DNA of 64,000 nucleotides from an uncultured Nitrospiraceae bacterium (lineage in GTDB: Bacteria; Nitrospirota; Thermodesulfovibrionia; Thermodesulfovibrionales; Dissulfurispiraceae): assembly GCA_963727805.1 (NCBI GenBank), contig CAVSHF010000005.1:768001-832000 (forward strand), given 5' to 3'. Both the position numbers and the translations under genes were made by a program. Shown in pieces: positions 11,649-21,814 of the stretch. Each line of letters begins with the position of its first letter. Within the stretch, counting starts at the first letter, position 1. The notes beneath the pieces were generated by a model. The model searched no databases, had not been told where the DNA came from, and worked only from the letters and a program-made list of their open reading frames with translations.

Positions 11649-11912
11649 TTATTCGATAATTCCTAAAAGATCTTCTTCTTTGACGATGAGGTATTCGACA
11701 TCGTCGATCTTTAGTTTCGAGCCCGAATATTTGTCAAAAAGCACAACATTTCCGGCCTTCACCTCTTTAACATCCACGCCGACTGCCTCAACAGTACCCT
11801 TCTGAGGTTTCTCCTTGGCGACGTCCGGAACATAGAGTCCGCCGGCTGTCTTTTCCATTGACTCTTCGGAATACTTGATAACTACCCTGTCCTTGAGCGG
11901 TTTGATTTTCAT
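11649..11912 (-). CDS. groS: Co-chaperonin GroES
   Basis: IKPLKDRVVI, TAGGLYVPD.AKEKP, KYSG; directly upstream of groEL. Confidence 0.97.
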   Translation of the reverse strand: MKIKPLKDRVVIKYSEESMEKTAGGLYVPDVAKEKPQKGTVEAVGVDVKEVKAGNVVLFDKYSGSKLKIDDVEYLIVKEEDLLGIIE

Positions 11913-11950
11913 AACCTGCCTCCTTTTTTAATGTTTGTGATAAAACGTTA

Positions 11951-11977
11951 TTAGCACTCAATGCTGGTGAGTGCTAA
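11951..11977. promoter_or_regulatory. CIRCE element (HrcA operator)
   Basis: Exact TTAGCACTC-N9-GAGTGCTAA upstream of groES. Confidence 0.97.
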
Positions 11978-12217
11978 TATAACCTGAAAGCGGATATCTA
12001 ATCAAGCACAACCACAGCTCAATAAACCGGTTTATTGCTATTTTATGCTATTTTTTGATATTATTTGCTCAATTTCTCTTAATTTTAAAAATGACGCTCG
12101 AAATCTAATCTTCACTCGTCCATCAAAAGACGTCGAACTGGCTAAAAAGCAAGAGTGTTGCGCTTTCCGGACTTAAACTGGCAAATAAAATCTTATTAAT
12201 GATAAAATTTCAGAATT

Positions 12218-13024
12218 ATGATTACGCTGGGATTTTCCCCATGCCCAAATGACACATTTATCTTTTATGCGCTCGTGAACAGAAAGATCGATACGCTCGG
12301 ACTCAACTTCGGTCCACATATTGAGGACGTGGAGACCCTTAACCGTCTAGCTATGGCAAAAAACCTCGATGTGACGAAGGTATCCTGTCATGCCTTCCAT
12401 CGTTTGCAGGATGACTATCTTTTTTTGAGGTCCGGTGGGGCTTTCGGGCGCGGCTGTGGGCCCCTCATTGTTGCAAAAGAGTCATACCGTGAGAAGGACC
12501 TTAAGGGAAAGAGCATCGCCATCCCCGGCGAAATGACCACAGCGTATCTTCTGCTGAAGCTTTTTTTCGATGCGGCCCTTGATACCAAGCCTTCGGCAAT
12601 CGTGCCGATGCTTTTCCATGAGATTCCGGCAGCGGTCAGAGACGGCAAAGTTGACGCCGGACTAATCATACATGAAAGCAGGTTCACCTACCCCGAATGT
12701 GGCCTGTCAAGGATAGTAGATCTGGGTGAATGGTGGGAAAAAGAAACCGGTCTTCCTATCCCGCTGGGGGGCATCATCGCGAAGAAATCCCTCGGGCCGA
12801 AGATTGCGGTCATCGAAGGTCTCATCAAACAGAGTGTCGAGTATTCGATGGACCACAGAGAGGAAACGATGCCCTTTATTCGAAAATATTCACAAGAGCT
12901 TTCAGAAATCGTTATACATAGTCATATAGGGCTCTATGTAAATGATTTCACCCTCGACATAGGCGAAGAGGGTCATTCATCGCTGCAAGAATTGCTTCGA
13001 CGAGCGCAGAGCGCTGACAGATAA
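12218..13024 (+). CDS. mqnD: 1,4-dihydroxy-6-naphthoate synthase (futalosine pathway)
   Basis: LGFSPCPNDTFIF, DVETLN, GRGCGPL, IIHESRFTY, DLGEWW, LYVN. Confidence 0.95.
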   Translation: MITLGFSPCPNDTFIFYALVNRKIDTLGLNFGPHIEDVETLNRLAMAKNLDVTKVSCHAFHRLQDDYLFLRSGGAFGRGCGPLIVAKESYREKDLKGKSIAIPGEMTTAYLLLKLFFDAALDTKPSAIVPMLFHEIPAAVRDGKVDAGLIIHESRFTYPECGLSRIVDLGEWWEKETGLPIPLGGIIAKKSLGPKIAVIEGLIKQSVEYSMDHREETMPFIRKYSQELSEIVIHSHIGLYVNDFTLDIGEEGHSSLQELLRRAQSADR

Positions 13025-13043
13025 AAAATAAGGAAGGTCTCTA

Positions 13044-14759
13044 ATGTCTCTGTATACTTCAATCGATCAATTTATCAAAGAACCAAAGATCGCCTATTTT
13101 TCGATGGAAATAGGCCTTAAGAACGAGATTAAAACGTACAGCGGAGGTCTCGGCATTCTTGCAGGAGATACGATCAAGTCTGCCGCAGATCTCAGACTGC
13201 CGATGGTCGCGGTTTCGCTGCTGTATAAAAAGGGGTTCTTTAAGCAGGAACTCGATCCCTATGGCAGGCAGATGGAGCTTCCCGACGAATGGAGTCCCGC
13301 CAATTTCATGACGCGTCTCGTCGACCGCGTTACGGTCGGCATTGAATCGAGAGACGTACAGATAGCGCCGTGGCTTTATGTCGTAGAAAGCGCTACCGGT
13401 GGAAAGCTTCCCGTGATCTACCTCGACACGGACCTTCCCGAAAATGCTCCGCAAGACAGGGAGATCACTCTTTATTTATATGGAGGAGATTCCGCATACC
13501 GGCTGAAGCAGGAGATAGTACTCGGCATCGGCGGCACCCGGATACTTGAGCAGCTCGGCTTTGAGATCAAGAAGTATCACATGAATGAAGGCCATTCGAG
13601 CCTGCTTACGGTCGAACTGCTCAAGAGATATAAGAAAAACATAGAGGATGTCTGGGATGAGCGCCTCGTCTGGGACATCGAAAAGGTGAGGGGCCTCTGC
13701 GTCTTTACCACACATACACCTGTCGCAGCGGGCCACGACCGGTTCCCCTATGAACTGGCGGAAAAGATCCTCACCGACATCGAAGTCATCCCGATGCGCG
13801 TGATAAAGGAATTCTCAGGGCCGATTTCCCTCAACATGACGCTCCTCGGCATCAACCTCAGTAACTATATCAATGGAGTTGCAAAAAAGCATGGCGAAGT
13901 CTCCAAGGGCATGTTCCCTGGTTATGAAATACATGCCATCACCAATGGCGTCCATTCGTATACATGGACCTGCGACAGTTTCAAGCGGCTTTATGATAAA
14001 TACCTTCCCGGCTGGGCCAACGAGCCTGAGATCTTCGTCAGGGTCGGTCGCATCCCCGATGAAGAGATGTGGGGGGCCCACATGGAAGCTAAGAAAATTC
14101 TCATCGACTTCGTTAACCGGCAGACGCATGCCGATATGAACTATGACACCCTCACCATCGGATTTGCCCGGCGTGCCACTGCATACAAGAGGGCGGACAT
14201 GCTCCTTTCCGATCCCGAGAGGCTTGCGCGCATAGGAGAAGGAAGAATACAGATCATTTATGCGGGGAAAGCCCATCCGAAAGACGAACCCGGTAAAGAC
14301 CTCATACAAAGGATCGTCGAAATAGGCGAACGCCTGAAGGACCGCGTCAAGATCGTCTTCATTCAAAACTACGACATGGATAAAGCGATGAAGATGATCT
14401 CGGGGGTGGATGTATGGTTGAATACGCCCTTGCGCCCTTACGAGGCATCAGGTACAAGCGGGATGAAGGCCACTCATAACGGTGTGCCGAACTTCAGCGT
14501 CCTCGATGGATGGTGGATCGAAGGGCATATCGAAAACTATACGGGCTGGTCAATTGGCCCATCGTCCGATGTGCCCGCCGACTCTGCGCGGGATGCCGAC
14601 GACCTCTATCACAAGCTCGAAACGGTCATTATTCCCACCTTTTACAGTGACAAGAAGATATGGATCAGGATCATGGAGAACGCCATCGGGAAAAACGCTT
14701 ATTATTTCAATACGCATCGGATGATGCGGCTTTACGTCACGGAAGCATATATACGGTGA
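13044..14759 (+). CDS. glgP: Alpha-glucan phosphorylase (short form)
   Basis: YFSMEIG, YSGGLGILAGD, HMNEGH, FTTHTP, PLP motif EASGTSGMKA. Confidence 0.93.
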   Translation: MSLYTSIDQFIKEPKIAYFSMEIGLKNEIKTYSGGLGILAGDTIKSAADLRLPMVAVSLLYKKGFFKQELDPYGRQMELPDEWSPANFMTRLVDRVTVGIESRDVQIAPWLYVVESATGGKLPVIYLDTDLPENAPQDREITLYLYGGDSAYRLKQEIVLGIGGTRILEQLGFEIKKYHMNEGHSSLLTVELLKRYKKNIEDVWDERLVWDIEKVRGLCVFTTHTPVAAGHDRFPYELAEKILTDIEVIPMRVIKEFSGPISLNMTLLGINLSNYINGVAKKHGEVSKGMFPGYEIHAITNGVHSYTWTCDSFKRLYDKYLPGWANEPEIFVRVGRIPDEEMWGAHMEAKKILIDFVNRQTHADMNYDTLTIGFARRATAYKRADMLLSDPERLARIGEGRIQIIYAGKAHPKDEPGKDLIQRIVEIGERLKDRVKIVFIQNYDMDKAMKMISGVDVWLNTPLRPYEASGTSGMKATHNGVPNFSVLDGWWIEGHIENYTGWSIGPSSDVPADSARDADDLYHKLETVIIPTFYSDKKIWIRIMENAIGKNAYYFNTHRMMRLYVTEAYIR

Positions 14760-14838
14760 GTTTTGCACTTTAAGAAAATCTGGAGACGCTCATTCTTGTC
14801 TCACTTGTTTTCAATGGGGTAAAGTCAATGGAGGGCTT

Positions 14839-15795
14839 ATGAATATCGGCGAAGAAGCTAAAGAATTACGAAAAATGTGGGGGGGCTTCTGGTCAGCCAG
14901 GGTCATCCTCACAGCCAACAACCTCCGGGTGTTCGATCACTTAAAGACACCCAAAAGCGCCAGCGACATCTCAGGTTTGATAGAAACCGATTCGAGGGCC
15001 ATCGAGATACTGCTGGATTCCCTCACAAGTCTCGGTCTGTTAAAAAAATCAAAGAACACATACCGGAACTCCCCTATGGCCAAGCGCCTGCTTGTCAGCG
15101 GTACACCATATTATCAGGGAGATATTCTTCGCCATGCCGATAACCTCTGGACAAACTGGTCGAACCTCGATGAGATCATAAAGACTGGACAGCCTTCTCG
15201 GAAATCCTTTGAAGCCGATGCCTTCATTAGAGGTATGCATAATATCGCCATCATAAAAGCGAAGGAGGTCGTCAAACGCATGGAGTTAGCGGAAGTCAGA
15301 AAAGCGCTCGACCTGGGCGGTGGACCTGGCACATATTCGCTGGAGATGGCAAAGAAGATAGATTCGGTCACGCTCTTCGATCTCCCTGCAACAATAGCAA
15401 TTGCGAAAGACATACTCGGCAAGGCCGGCATCAGTAACATTTCGTTTATGGAAGGCGATTTTGTCACCGACGATATCGGCAGAGGGTACGACCTCGTCTT
15501 CATGAGTCAGGTGCTTCATGCATTCTCCGGAACCAATAATCTGAAGATTCTCGAAAAGGCCATTAACGCCCTCAACCAAAAAGGCATTATCGTCATCCAT
15601 GAGTTCCGTCTCGAAAAAGACCGAACCTCGCCGGTCCAGAGCACACTATTTTCAGTAAACATGCTCGTCAACACAAACGGAGGCAGGTGCTATTCAGTAG
15701 CGGAAATGAAGGAATGGCTTTCTTCACTGGGATTAAGAAAAGTCGGCAACGTCAAGATGGAGGACACCGTACTGGTCTTTGGGAGGAAAGGATAA
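14839..15795 (+). CDS. SAM-dependent O-methyltransferase with N-terminal dimerisation domain
   Basis: LDLGGGPG, FDLP, EGDF, SQVLH; winged-helix-like N-terminus. Confidence 0.85.
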   Translation: MNIGEEAKELRKMWGGFWSARVILTANNLRVFDHLKTPKSASDISGLIETDSRAIEILLDSLTSLGLLKKSKNTYRNSPMAKRLLVSGTPYYQGDILRHADNLWTNWSNLDEIIKTGQPSRKSFEADAFIRGMHNIAIIKAKEVVKRMELAEVRKALDLGGGPGTYSLEMAKKIDSVTLFDLPATIAIAKDILGKAGISNISFMEGDFVTDDIGRGYDLVFMSQVLHAFSGTNNLKILEKAINALNQKGIIVIHEFRLEKDRTSPVQSTLFSVNMLVNTNGGRCYSVAEMKEWLSSLGLRKVGNVKMEDTVLVFGRKG

Positions 15796-15798
15796 AGA

Positions 15799-16566
15799 TT
15801 AAAAGCTGAAGTCATGAAAGGTTAATGATTCCGCATAGAGTGCCGCGCCGAGGGCGGCGAGCATTTCGGGCGTTTTGCCGATGAGGACCGGTCTTTGAAG
15901 ACGCTCCGATAATAATACAGCCAAGCATCTATTCCCCGCACACCCACCTGCAAAGACAATGTCATCACTCGCACCAACTCTTCGGATGAGCGACATGACC
16001 CTTCCAGCGATAGAATCATGGATGGCAGCGACGATCTCCTCCCGTGAAATCCCTTTGGCTATGAGGCTGACCACCTCTGACTCGGCGAAGACCGTGCACA
16101 TGCTGTTTATTTTTAACAACCCTCGTTTGTCTTCACAGGAAGCACCGAATTCCTCGATGGCGTACCCGAGGGTATGGGCCATGATCTCGATGAACCTTCC
16201 GGTACCGGCGGCACACCGATCATTCATCTCAAACCCAGTAACCACGCCACCGTCATCGAGCGCAATGACCTTGGTGTCCTGCCCCCCAATATCGACAACC
16301 GTACGGCATGAAGAAAAAACCGACTTTGCACCGCGTGCCACAGCCTTGATCTCGGTGATAGTGGGGATGTCTCCGTGGACTTCCATAAGGTAACGACCGT
16401 ACCCTGTCGCTACAAGTCGATCGGGAACGGTGCCCGCAATCAGCTTACGGCATGTATGCAGCGGATCATGGCCGGTCTCGCCCTTTTCCGAAGCGACGAC
16501 TCGGCCATCCTCGATCACAATAAATTTAATGTACCTTGAGCCGATGTCGATACCGGCAACTCTCAA
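15799..16566 (-). CDS. ASKHA-type ATPase activator (acyl-CoA dehydratase activase / DCCP reductase type)
   Basis: GIDIGS, ATGYGR, DIGGQDTK, NDRCAAGTGRF, SMCTVFAESE; start overlaps the upstream stop. Confidence 0.92.
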   Translation of the reverse strand: MRVAGIDIGSRYIKFIVIEDGRVVASEKGETGHDPLHTCRKLIAGTVPDRLVATGYGRYLMEVHGDIPTITEIKAVARGAKSVFSSCRTVVDIGGQDTKVIALDDGGVVTGFEMNDRCAAGTGRFIEIMAHTLGYAIEEFGASCEDKRGLLKINSMCTVFAESEVVSLIAKGISREEIVAAIHDSIAGRVMSLIRRVGASDDIVFAGGCAGNRCLAVLLSERLQRPVLIGKTPEMLAALGAALYAESLTFHDFSF

Positions 16567-17855
16567 GCACCAATCCTCGCATTGATTATTTCGAGGAATG
16601 CCCCTATCCTCGTCCCAAGCTGGCCCATATCTTCCATACTGTAATCGCTTTCAATCCTCAGATATGGAACTTCCATCGCATCGACGACCCTCTTGGCTTT
16701 GAAGGCCTCCATCATATAGGGTGTGCAGAATTGGAGAGCGTAATGTATAACGCCTTGAGCATTGAGCCGAGTCACCATTTCCCGGATATTGTCAAGCCGT
16801 TCGGTATTCGGCGTAAAGCAGGCGCAATCTATGGTCAGAGTTCGCTCGGCAAGCTTGTCGATAGCCTGTTCCACAGAAGAAAAGTTTTCATCGAGCAGCG
16901 TCCTGAAATTACGTTCGCCGACACAGGATTCCTCTCCAACCACCGTTGCGCCACTGCCCTCGATGATAGCGTGGAGCTTCCAGTTAGGAATTGCCATGGG
17001 GGAGCCCGAAATAAGCACTCTTGGACTGCCCTTTTCGGCAACGCCTGAGCCTTCCTTTACACGCCTTTCGAGCTCGTCACAGAGTTCGTTTGTCTTTGCG
17101 GCAAAGCGGATTGGATCATCGTAGAACGACACCTGATTGACCAGCAAGGCATCAAGACCGGAGATGGGTGAAGGATCGGCAGCTCTAACTGCCGACAGCC
17201 GCTGAAGTGCCTTTCTCTTCGCGTTGACGATCTTTGAAGATTCCCTCAGTTTTTCGACCGTGATCTCTTTGTTAGTTAGGAGTTCAAGCTTTTCTGCGAA
17301 GTGTTTTATCTCGTTTCTCCAGAGCCTCCTGCCGTCCTCACCTTTCTTGTTTGGCAGTTCCATGACATAAACCTTTTTAGTAATCTCGTCAAATATCTCA
17401 TAGGCCTTCTTCTTGCCGTCACAGGTCGTCTCTCCGACGATGAGATCGGTCAGTTCGACGTAGGGACAGAGCCCCGCAAGCTTGAACCCAAGAAACGCCT
17501 TTATGAGGGCGCAGGTGTTCCTGGGGACATATTTTTCAGCTTCGTCAGAACCCACATCTGCGCCCGCGCAAAGTCCGATACAGACGCCATCAGCGGCAAG
17601 AATGAGTTCTTCCGGAACATAAACACAGAAAGTTCCAACGATTTTTTTACCGATCTTCTTAGATTCGACGATTTCCTCGATCCGAAGACCGTGAATTTCG
17701 GAGATGACGAAATCGAAATAATCCATCCCTTTGGGCCTGTTCTTCTGGGAGAGGTAAATGTTCTTATAGGCTTCGCCAAGGACCCCCAACAGTCCATCAT
17801 GAGCTTTGAGATTGAGCCCGATAGTACTCCACATTTGCGTATAATCTTTTGCCAC
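16563..17855 (-). CDS. Double-cubane cluster protein-like anaerobic reductase (2-hydroxyacyl-CoA dehydratase superfamily)
   Basis: Cys motifs GTFCVYVPEE, GLCAG, RNTCALIK, LCPY, ETTCDGKKK, EESC.GER, DCACFTPN, LQFC.PY; N-terminal NRPKGMDYFD...EIHGLR. Confidence 0.88.
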   Translation of the reverse strand: MAKDYTQMWSTIGLNLKAHDGLLGVLGEAYKNIYLSQKNRPKGMDYFDFVISEIHGLRIEEIVESKKIGKKIVGTFCVYVPEELILAADGVCIGLCAGADVGSDEAEKYVPRNTCALIKAFLGFKLAGLCPYVELTDLIVGETTCDGKKKAYEIFDEITKKVYVMELPNKKGEDGRRLWRNEIKHFAEKLELLTNKEITVEKLRESSKIVNAKRKALQRLSAVRAADPSPISGLDALLVNQVSFYDDPIRFAAKTNELCDELERRVKEGSGVAEKGSPRVLISGSPMAIPNWKLHAIIEGSGATVVGEESCVGERNFRTLLDENFSSVEQAIDKLAERTLTIDCACFTPNTERLDNIREMVTRLNAQGVIHYALQFCTPYMMEAFKAKRVVDAMEVPYLRIESDYSMEDMGQLGTRIGAFLEIINARIGA

Positions 17856-18262
17856 AGAATCCTCCTTCGAAAAAATAAATTAATTTCGTTGTACTTGCCG
17901 CAAGAGATGGTAGCTGTGATTGCCAAGAATCCCTGACGATAGCACATCTGAAAATAACGTTTAACTGTCGACATTTTCCAATAGTTTGTTTCTATCGCAG
18001 GAGGACTATCATAGTCTGCGCCTATTCGATAATCCATTGATATTCTATAGTGCTAGAAGAGGTTATTACCAAAGAGGGGAATTGCGCATTTACAAAAAAA
18101 AACAGAGGGCATTTTCGTATATTCTCATTATTTATGATGAGTCCGCATCGATGTGAATCAGTCGCAACGAACTCGATCACGAAAATGGGCGAACGCTTCC
18201 TCTAGGACCAACAGTCAGGAGGTTGGGGTATGATTTATACGACAAATCAATTGGGCGATCTT

Positions 18263-19489
18263 TTACACTTCCCTCGCTAGAAGTACAGCATTGGTTCCGC
18301 CGAAGGCGAAGGAGTTCGACATGATAGTCCTAATATTTCTGTCGGTTCTTCCTTCATTAGGGACATAATCAAGGTCGCACTCAGGATCCGGGATGCTCAA
18401 GTTTGCGGTAGGAGGTATTGCCTTATTCCTGATCGCGAGCAAGGAAATGACCAACTCGACCGCACCTCCAGCACCTATGAGATGCCCGTGCATCGACTTG
18501 GTCGAACTCACCGGTACCTTATAGGCCCTGTCGCCAAATGCCTTTTTTATGGCCTGGGTCTCCACAACATCATTTGCCGCAGTTGCAGTTCCATGTGCAT
18601 TAATATAATCCACTGAGTCGGGACCAATTCCTGCTTCATCAAGGGCCATTCGTATTGCCCGTTCCTGCCCGTCGACCGCCGGCCCGGTTATATGATGAGC
18701 ATCCGATGTGGAGCCGTACCCGATCAGTTCTCCATATATTTTTGCCCCGCGCCTTTGCGCTTTCTTCATGTCCTCAAGGACGATCATGGCTGCTCCCTCT
18801 CCAAGGACAAAACCGGTCCTGTTTTTTGAGAAAGGCCTGCAAGAGGCGGCAAGGTTCTCGGGATCTTCCTTTGCCAGGACCCCCAGTGACTCCCAGCATT
18901 TAAAAGAAGTATAGTTCATCATGCACTCTGTGCCTCCAGCAAAAGCGGTGTCCACAAAACCGTATTTGATCTGCCGATAGGCTTCTCCAATTGCTATGGA
19001 AGAGGATGAACACGCCGTTGTATAGGTCAGACAAGGGCCTGAAAACTTATAGTTTATTGAGATATGTGATGCCGGAGCATTGCTCATGATCTTTACGACG
19101 GAGAGAGGGCTCACCCTCGACTTCTCCTCTCTGTATAACTGCATGCAGACAACATCCAGCGACTGTGCTCCGCTCATCCCCGTGCCAATGAATACGCCCG
19201 CACGTCCTTGCTTATCACTATCAAGGGTCAAGCCGGAATCGCTCCACGCCTGTGATGCCGCCGCCAGAGCCATCTGGCTGGCTCTATCGAGTGATACCAT
19301 CTTCTTCGCAAAATATACCAGCGAGTCGAAGTTCACTTCTGCAGCGATCCTTACTGAAAGCTTCTCAGCATAAGCTGAAGAAATCCTCCTTATGCCAGAC
19401 TTCGCGGACATCATATTTCCGAAAAGCTCATCTGCGCTATTTCCCGATGGTGAAATAACTCCCAGTCCTGTAATAGCAACTCTTCTCAT
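18263..19489 (-). CDS. Beta-ketoacyl-ACP synthase II-like ketosynthase (FabF family)
   Basis: Cys-His-His triad in TACSSS, NAHGTAT, HGHLIG; NSFAFGG. Confidence 0.92.
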   Translation of the reverse strand: MRRVAITGLGVISPSGNSADELFGNMMSAKSGIRRISSAYAEKLSVRIAAEVNFDSLVYFAKKMVSLDRASQMALAAASQAWSDSGLTLDSDKQGRAGVFIGTGMSGAQSLDVVCMQLYREEKSRVSPLSVVKIMSNAPASHISINYKFSGPCLTYTTACSSSSIAIGEAYRQIKYGFVDTAFAGGTECMMNYTSFKCWESLGVLAKEDPENLAASCRPFSKNRTGFVLGEGAAMIVLEDMKKAQRRGAKIYGELIGYGSTSDAHHITGPAVDGQERAIRMALDEAGIGPDSVDYINAHGTATAANDVVETQAIKKAFGDRAYKVPVSSTKSMHGHLIGAGGAVELVISLLAIRNKAIPPTANLSIPDPECDLDYVPNEGRTDRNIRTIMSNSFAFGGTNAVLLAREV

Positions 19490-19504
19490 GCTCTTCTCCA
19501 CCGC

Positions 19505-19750
19505 CTAAACGCTCCCGTGCTGTTCAGCTACGAGCTTGTCAACCATATTGACGACATCCTGGACGGTATCTATTTTCACATCGCTCTCGGGAATCTTTAT
19601 TCTGAATTCATCTTCAAGGGAGAACAAAAACTCGATCTTATCGAGTGAGTCGATGCCGAAGCTCTCCAATGTTGATTCCGGCGTAAGCAACTCCCTGTTC
19701 AACTCGAGTTTATCGACAAACAATTTCTCGATCTTTTCCAGCGTAGTCAT
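19505..19750 (-). CDS. Acyl carrier protein
   Basis: Acidic 81-aa protein with GIDSLD phosphopantetheine site; GGAGG RBS. Confidence 0.92.
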   Translation of the reverse strand: MTTLEKIEKLFVDKLELNRELLTPESTLESFGIDSLDKIEFLFSLEDEFRIKIPESDVKIDTVQDVVNMVDKLVAEQHGSV

Positions 19751-19784
19751 CTTTCCTCCTTGTTATTCCGTCAACTATATTTCA

Positions 19785-20010
19785 TCAGCACCGGACTATA
19801 AACACGATGCCCAATGCAATAAATCAAACGCCAATCCACTCGATTCTACTCTTACTTTCCCTACAAATAAATGCTGCAAATAAAATTATTATTACTTCGT
19901 GAGTTCCTCTTAGTGGAACTGCGATGGCCAGTGAGATATACATTAGACGCAGAAATCACAGCACATCTCCAGCAGATAGATGAGAACACCGATAACAACG
20001 GGAAGAGAAT
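19785..20010 (-). pseudogene. Possible degraded small EamA/SMR-type membrane protein
   Basis: Frame-broken hydrophobic pieces: VIGVLIYLLE..., SLAIAVPLRGTHEVIIILFAAFICRKV..., WIGV*FIALGIVFIV. Confidence 0.4.
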
Positions 20011-20121
20011 TCCCCTCCCTTTCATCACCCCTGATTATCTCATGTCTCATTGCTTTTTCCCGAGTTTATGCTAAACTGTCCTTTTATTTCTGGATACTGC
20101 GTTGCCACAAATATTCTGTCT

Positions 20122-20343
20122 TCATCCGGCGTCTTTCGTATCTTTTTTCATCTCCTGTTTTTCCCCTCCCGCAGGAGCTGTGTCAATTGACGGCTTATCC
20201 AAATCAGACATCGCTTTTTTGAATTCCCGGATACTTTTACCGATACCGGCACCGAGCTCAGGAAGTTTTTTCGGACCGACAACAAGCAACGCGATGGCCA
20301 ATATGACGATCAAATGCATAGGTTGAAATAACCCTTCAAGCAT
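20122..20343 (-). CDS. tatA: Twin-arginine translocase TatA/E subunit
   Basis: TM helix, GPKKLPELG.GIGKSIREFKKA. Confidence 0.93.
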   Translation of the reverse strand: MLEGLFQPMHLIVILAIALLVVGPKKLPELGAGIGKSIREFKKAMSDLDKPSIDTAPAGGEKQEMKKDTKDAG

Positions 20344-21220
20344 GTCACTTTCCTCCTCTACATGTTAGCAGTCTATTTATTATACACCAACTTCCGTGAC
20401 TAGTTAATCTTTACTATAATCCATGCACTTGGCTAAATCCCCTTTCGCAACTGTGCAACATCGCATACAGTTTACTTGATAACGATAGCAAACAATGGAG
20501 AACGGAATGTATAAAAGCGAGAATATTTCTTAAGAGTCTTGATAGCGAGGGGATATCATGAAAATCCGCGTTCATGGGCTTGCAATTAGCTTCATTTAAT
20601 ACCATTTCCCTCAGAAATGTTCCTTGACGCCGTGGCCAAATGGCATTTGTTATAAACGTGCTGATGGCCTATCCGGGCTAAATAATCAAAAACTTTTAGC
20701 CTCAATGATGAAAAACAATCACGTAAGCCGTTGGATCACGAGGGGATCTTGTTACAGTTATTCTATCATGATTTCAATTTAAAATAGGCCCCAAGAAGAA
20801 TTTCGTCTGGGTCGCCAGCGGCACCTATATTAAATATTTCAATGCTCATAGAAATTCTATTCTGTCCACTTGATTGACAGCACACTTCAGAAAATGGGGG
20901 CGGGATACCGAATTTTCAGAAACCTGAACGACCCTGGCGCTATTGTATCGTTCTCGCACCCCTTCGCTCTTGGGTATGGACAGGATAGATAGATGGTCAG
21001 ACGCAACGTTCTGATTTGAGAAGCAGGCTTATCTGGCCGTAGCTCTTGCAGAGCCTGAAGGGTGAACCATGATTCCGTACTGACCGTGTTGAATCACTGC
21101 AAGTGGCTGTGCAAGGACAGTGGGGTGTTTCGAGAAATCAGCTTTAGCCTTCGATTTCTCCTATCAGAAGACGGGCATATCACTCGGTGTCTTCAGAGAG
21201 TTCTAATGACTCAGCCCCTC

Positions 21221-21814
21221 TTATTGCCGCTCTTCATGATTTACGGTATAGCTGTCGAGTATCTGTCTTAATTGTCCATTGATCGTTCTTGTATGATTTA
21301 TAAGCGCCTGGACATCCCCCTCTCCATCCTGGATAGCGATAGATGACCTCTTCAAATTATTATCGATCGCATCAGACAACTCCCGCATGGAATCGATATT
21401 CGAGGCGAGGATGTTCTTAAGACGGTTGACCGCTTCGGCAAGGTCTTTTCCTTCATCGTGTTGGCGCAGTTTCATGTTGAAGTCCAGGTCGCCAAGTGCC
21501 ATCTTGTCGATAGTACGCTCGACCCGGTAAAGTGGCCCCACAACACGCTGGGTTAAAAATACCCATATGACCGCCCCAATGATGCCTCCAGAAAGGATTG
21601 ACATCCAGTGCGCCCTGATCACTTCCGACAAGCATAGGTAAGAAGTCTTGCCTGAAGAAAGGCAATTCATGCTAAATGTAAGTTCAGCGCAAAGGCTGAA
21701 TATAGCGGTATTAAGAATACTTCCCAGGATGACAAGGGCAAATAAACTGAGTATACATCTGCCCTGCAATTCCGTCTTAATGAAATAATTTCTCCGTTTC
21801 CACTTCCTCTCCAT
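21221..21814 (-). CDS. Membrane protein with HAMP domain (MCP-like, no signalling domain)
   Basis: KRRNYFIK N-terminus, two TM segments, VGPLYR...GDL...DE.KDLAEAVN HAMP pattern, short coiled coil. Confidence 0.75.
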   Translation of the reverse strand: MERKWKRRNYFIKTELQGRCILSLFALVILGSILNTAIFSLCAELTFSMNCLSSGKTSYLCLSEVIRAHWMSILSGGIIGAVIWVFLTQRVVGPLYRVERTIDKMALGDLDFNMKLRQHDEGKDLAEAVNRLKNILASNIDSMRELSDAIDNNLKRSSIAIQDGEGDVQALINHTRTINGQLRQILDSYTVNHEERQ

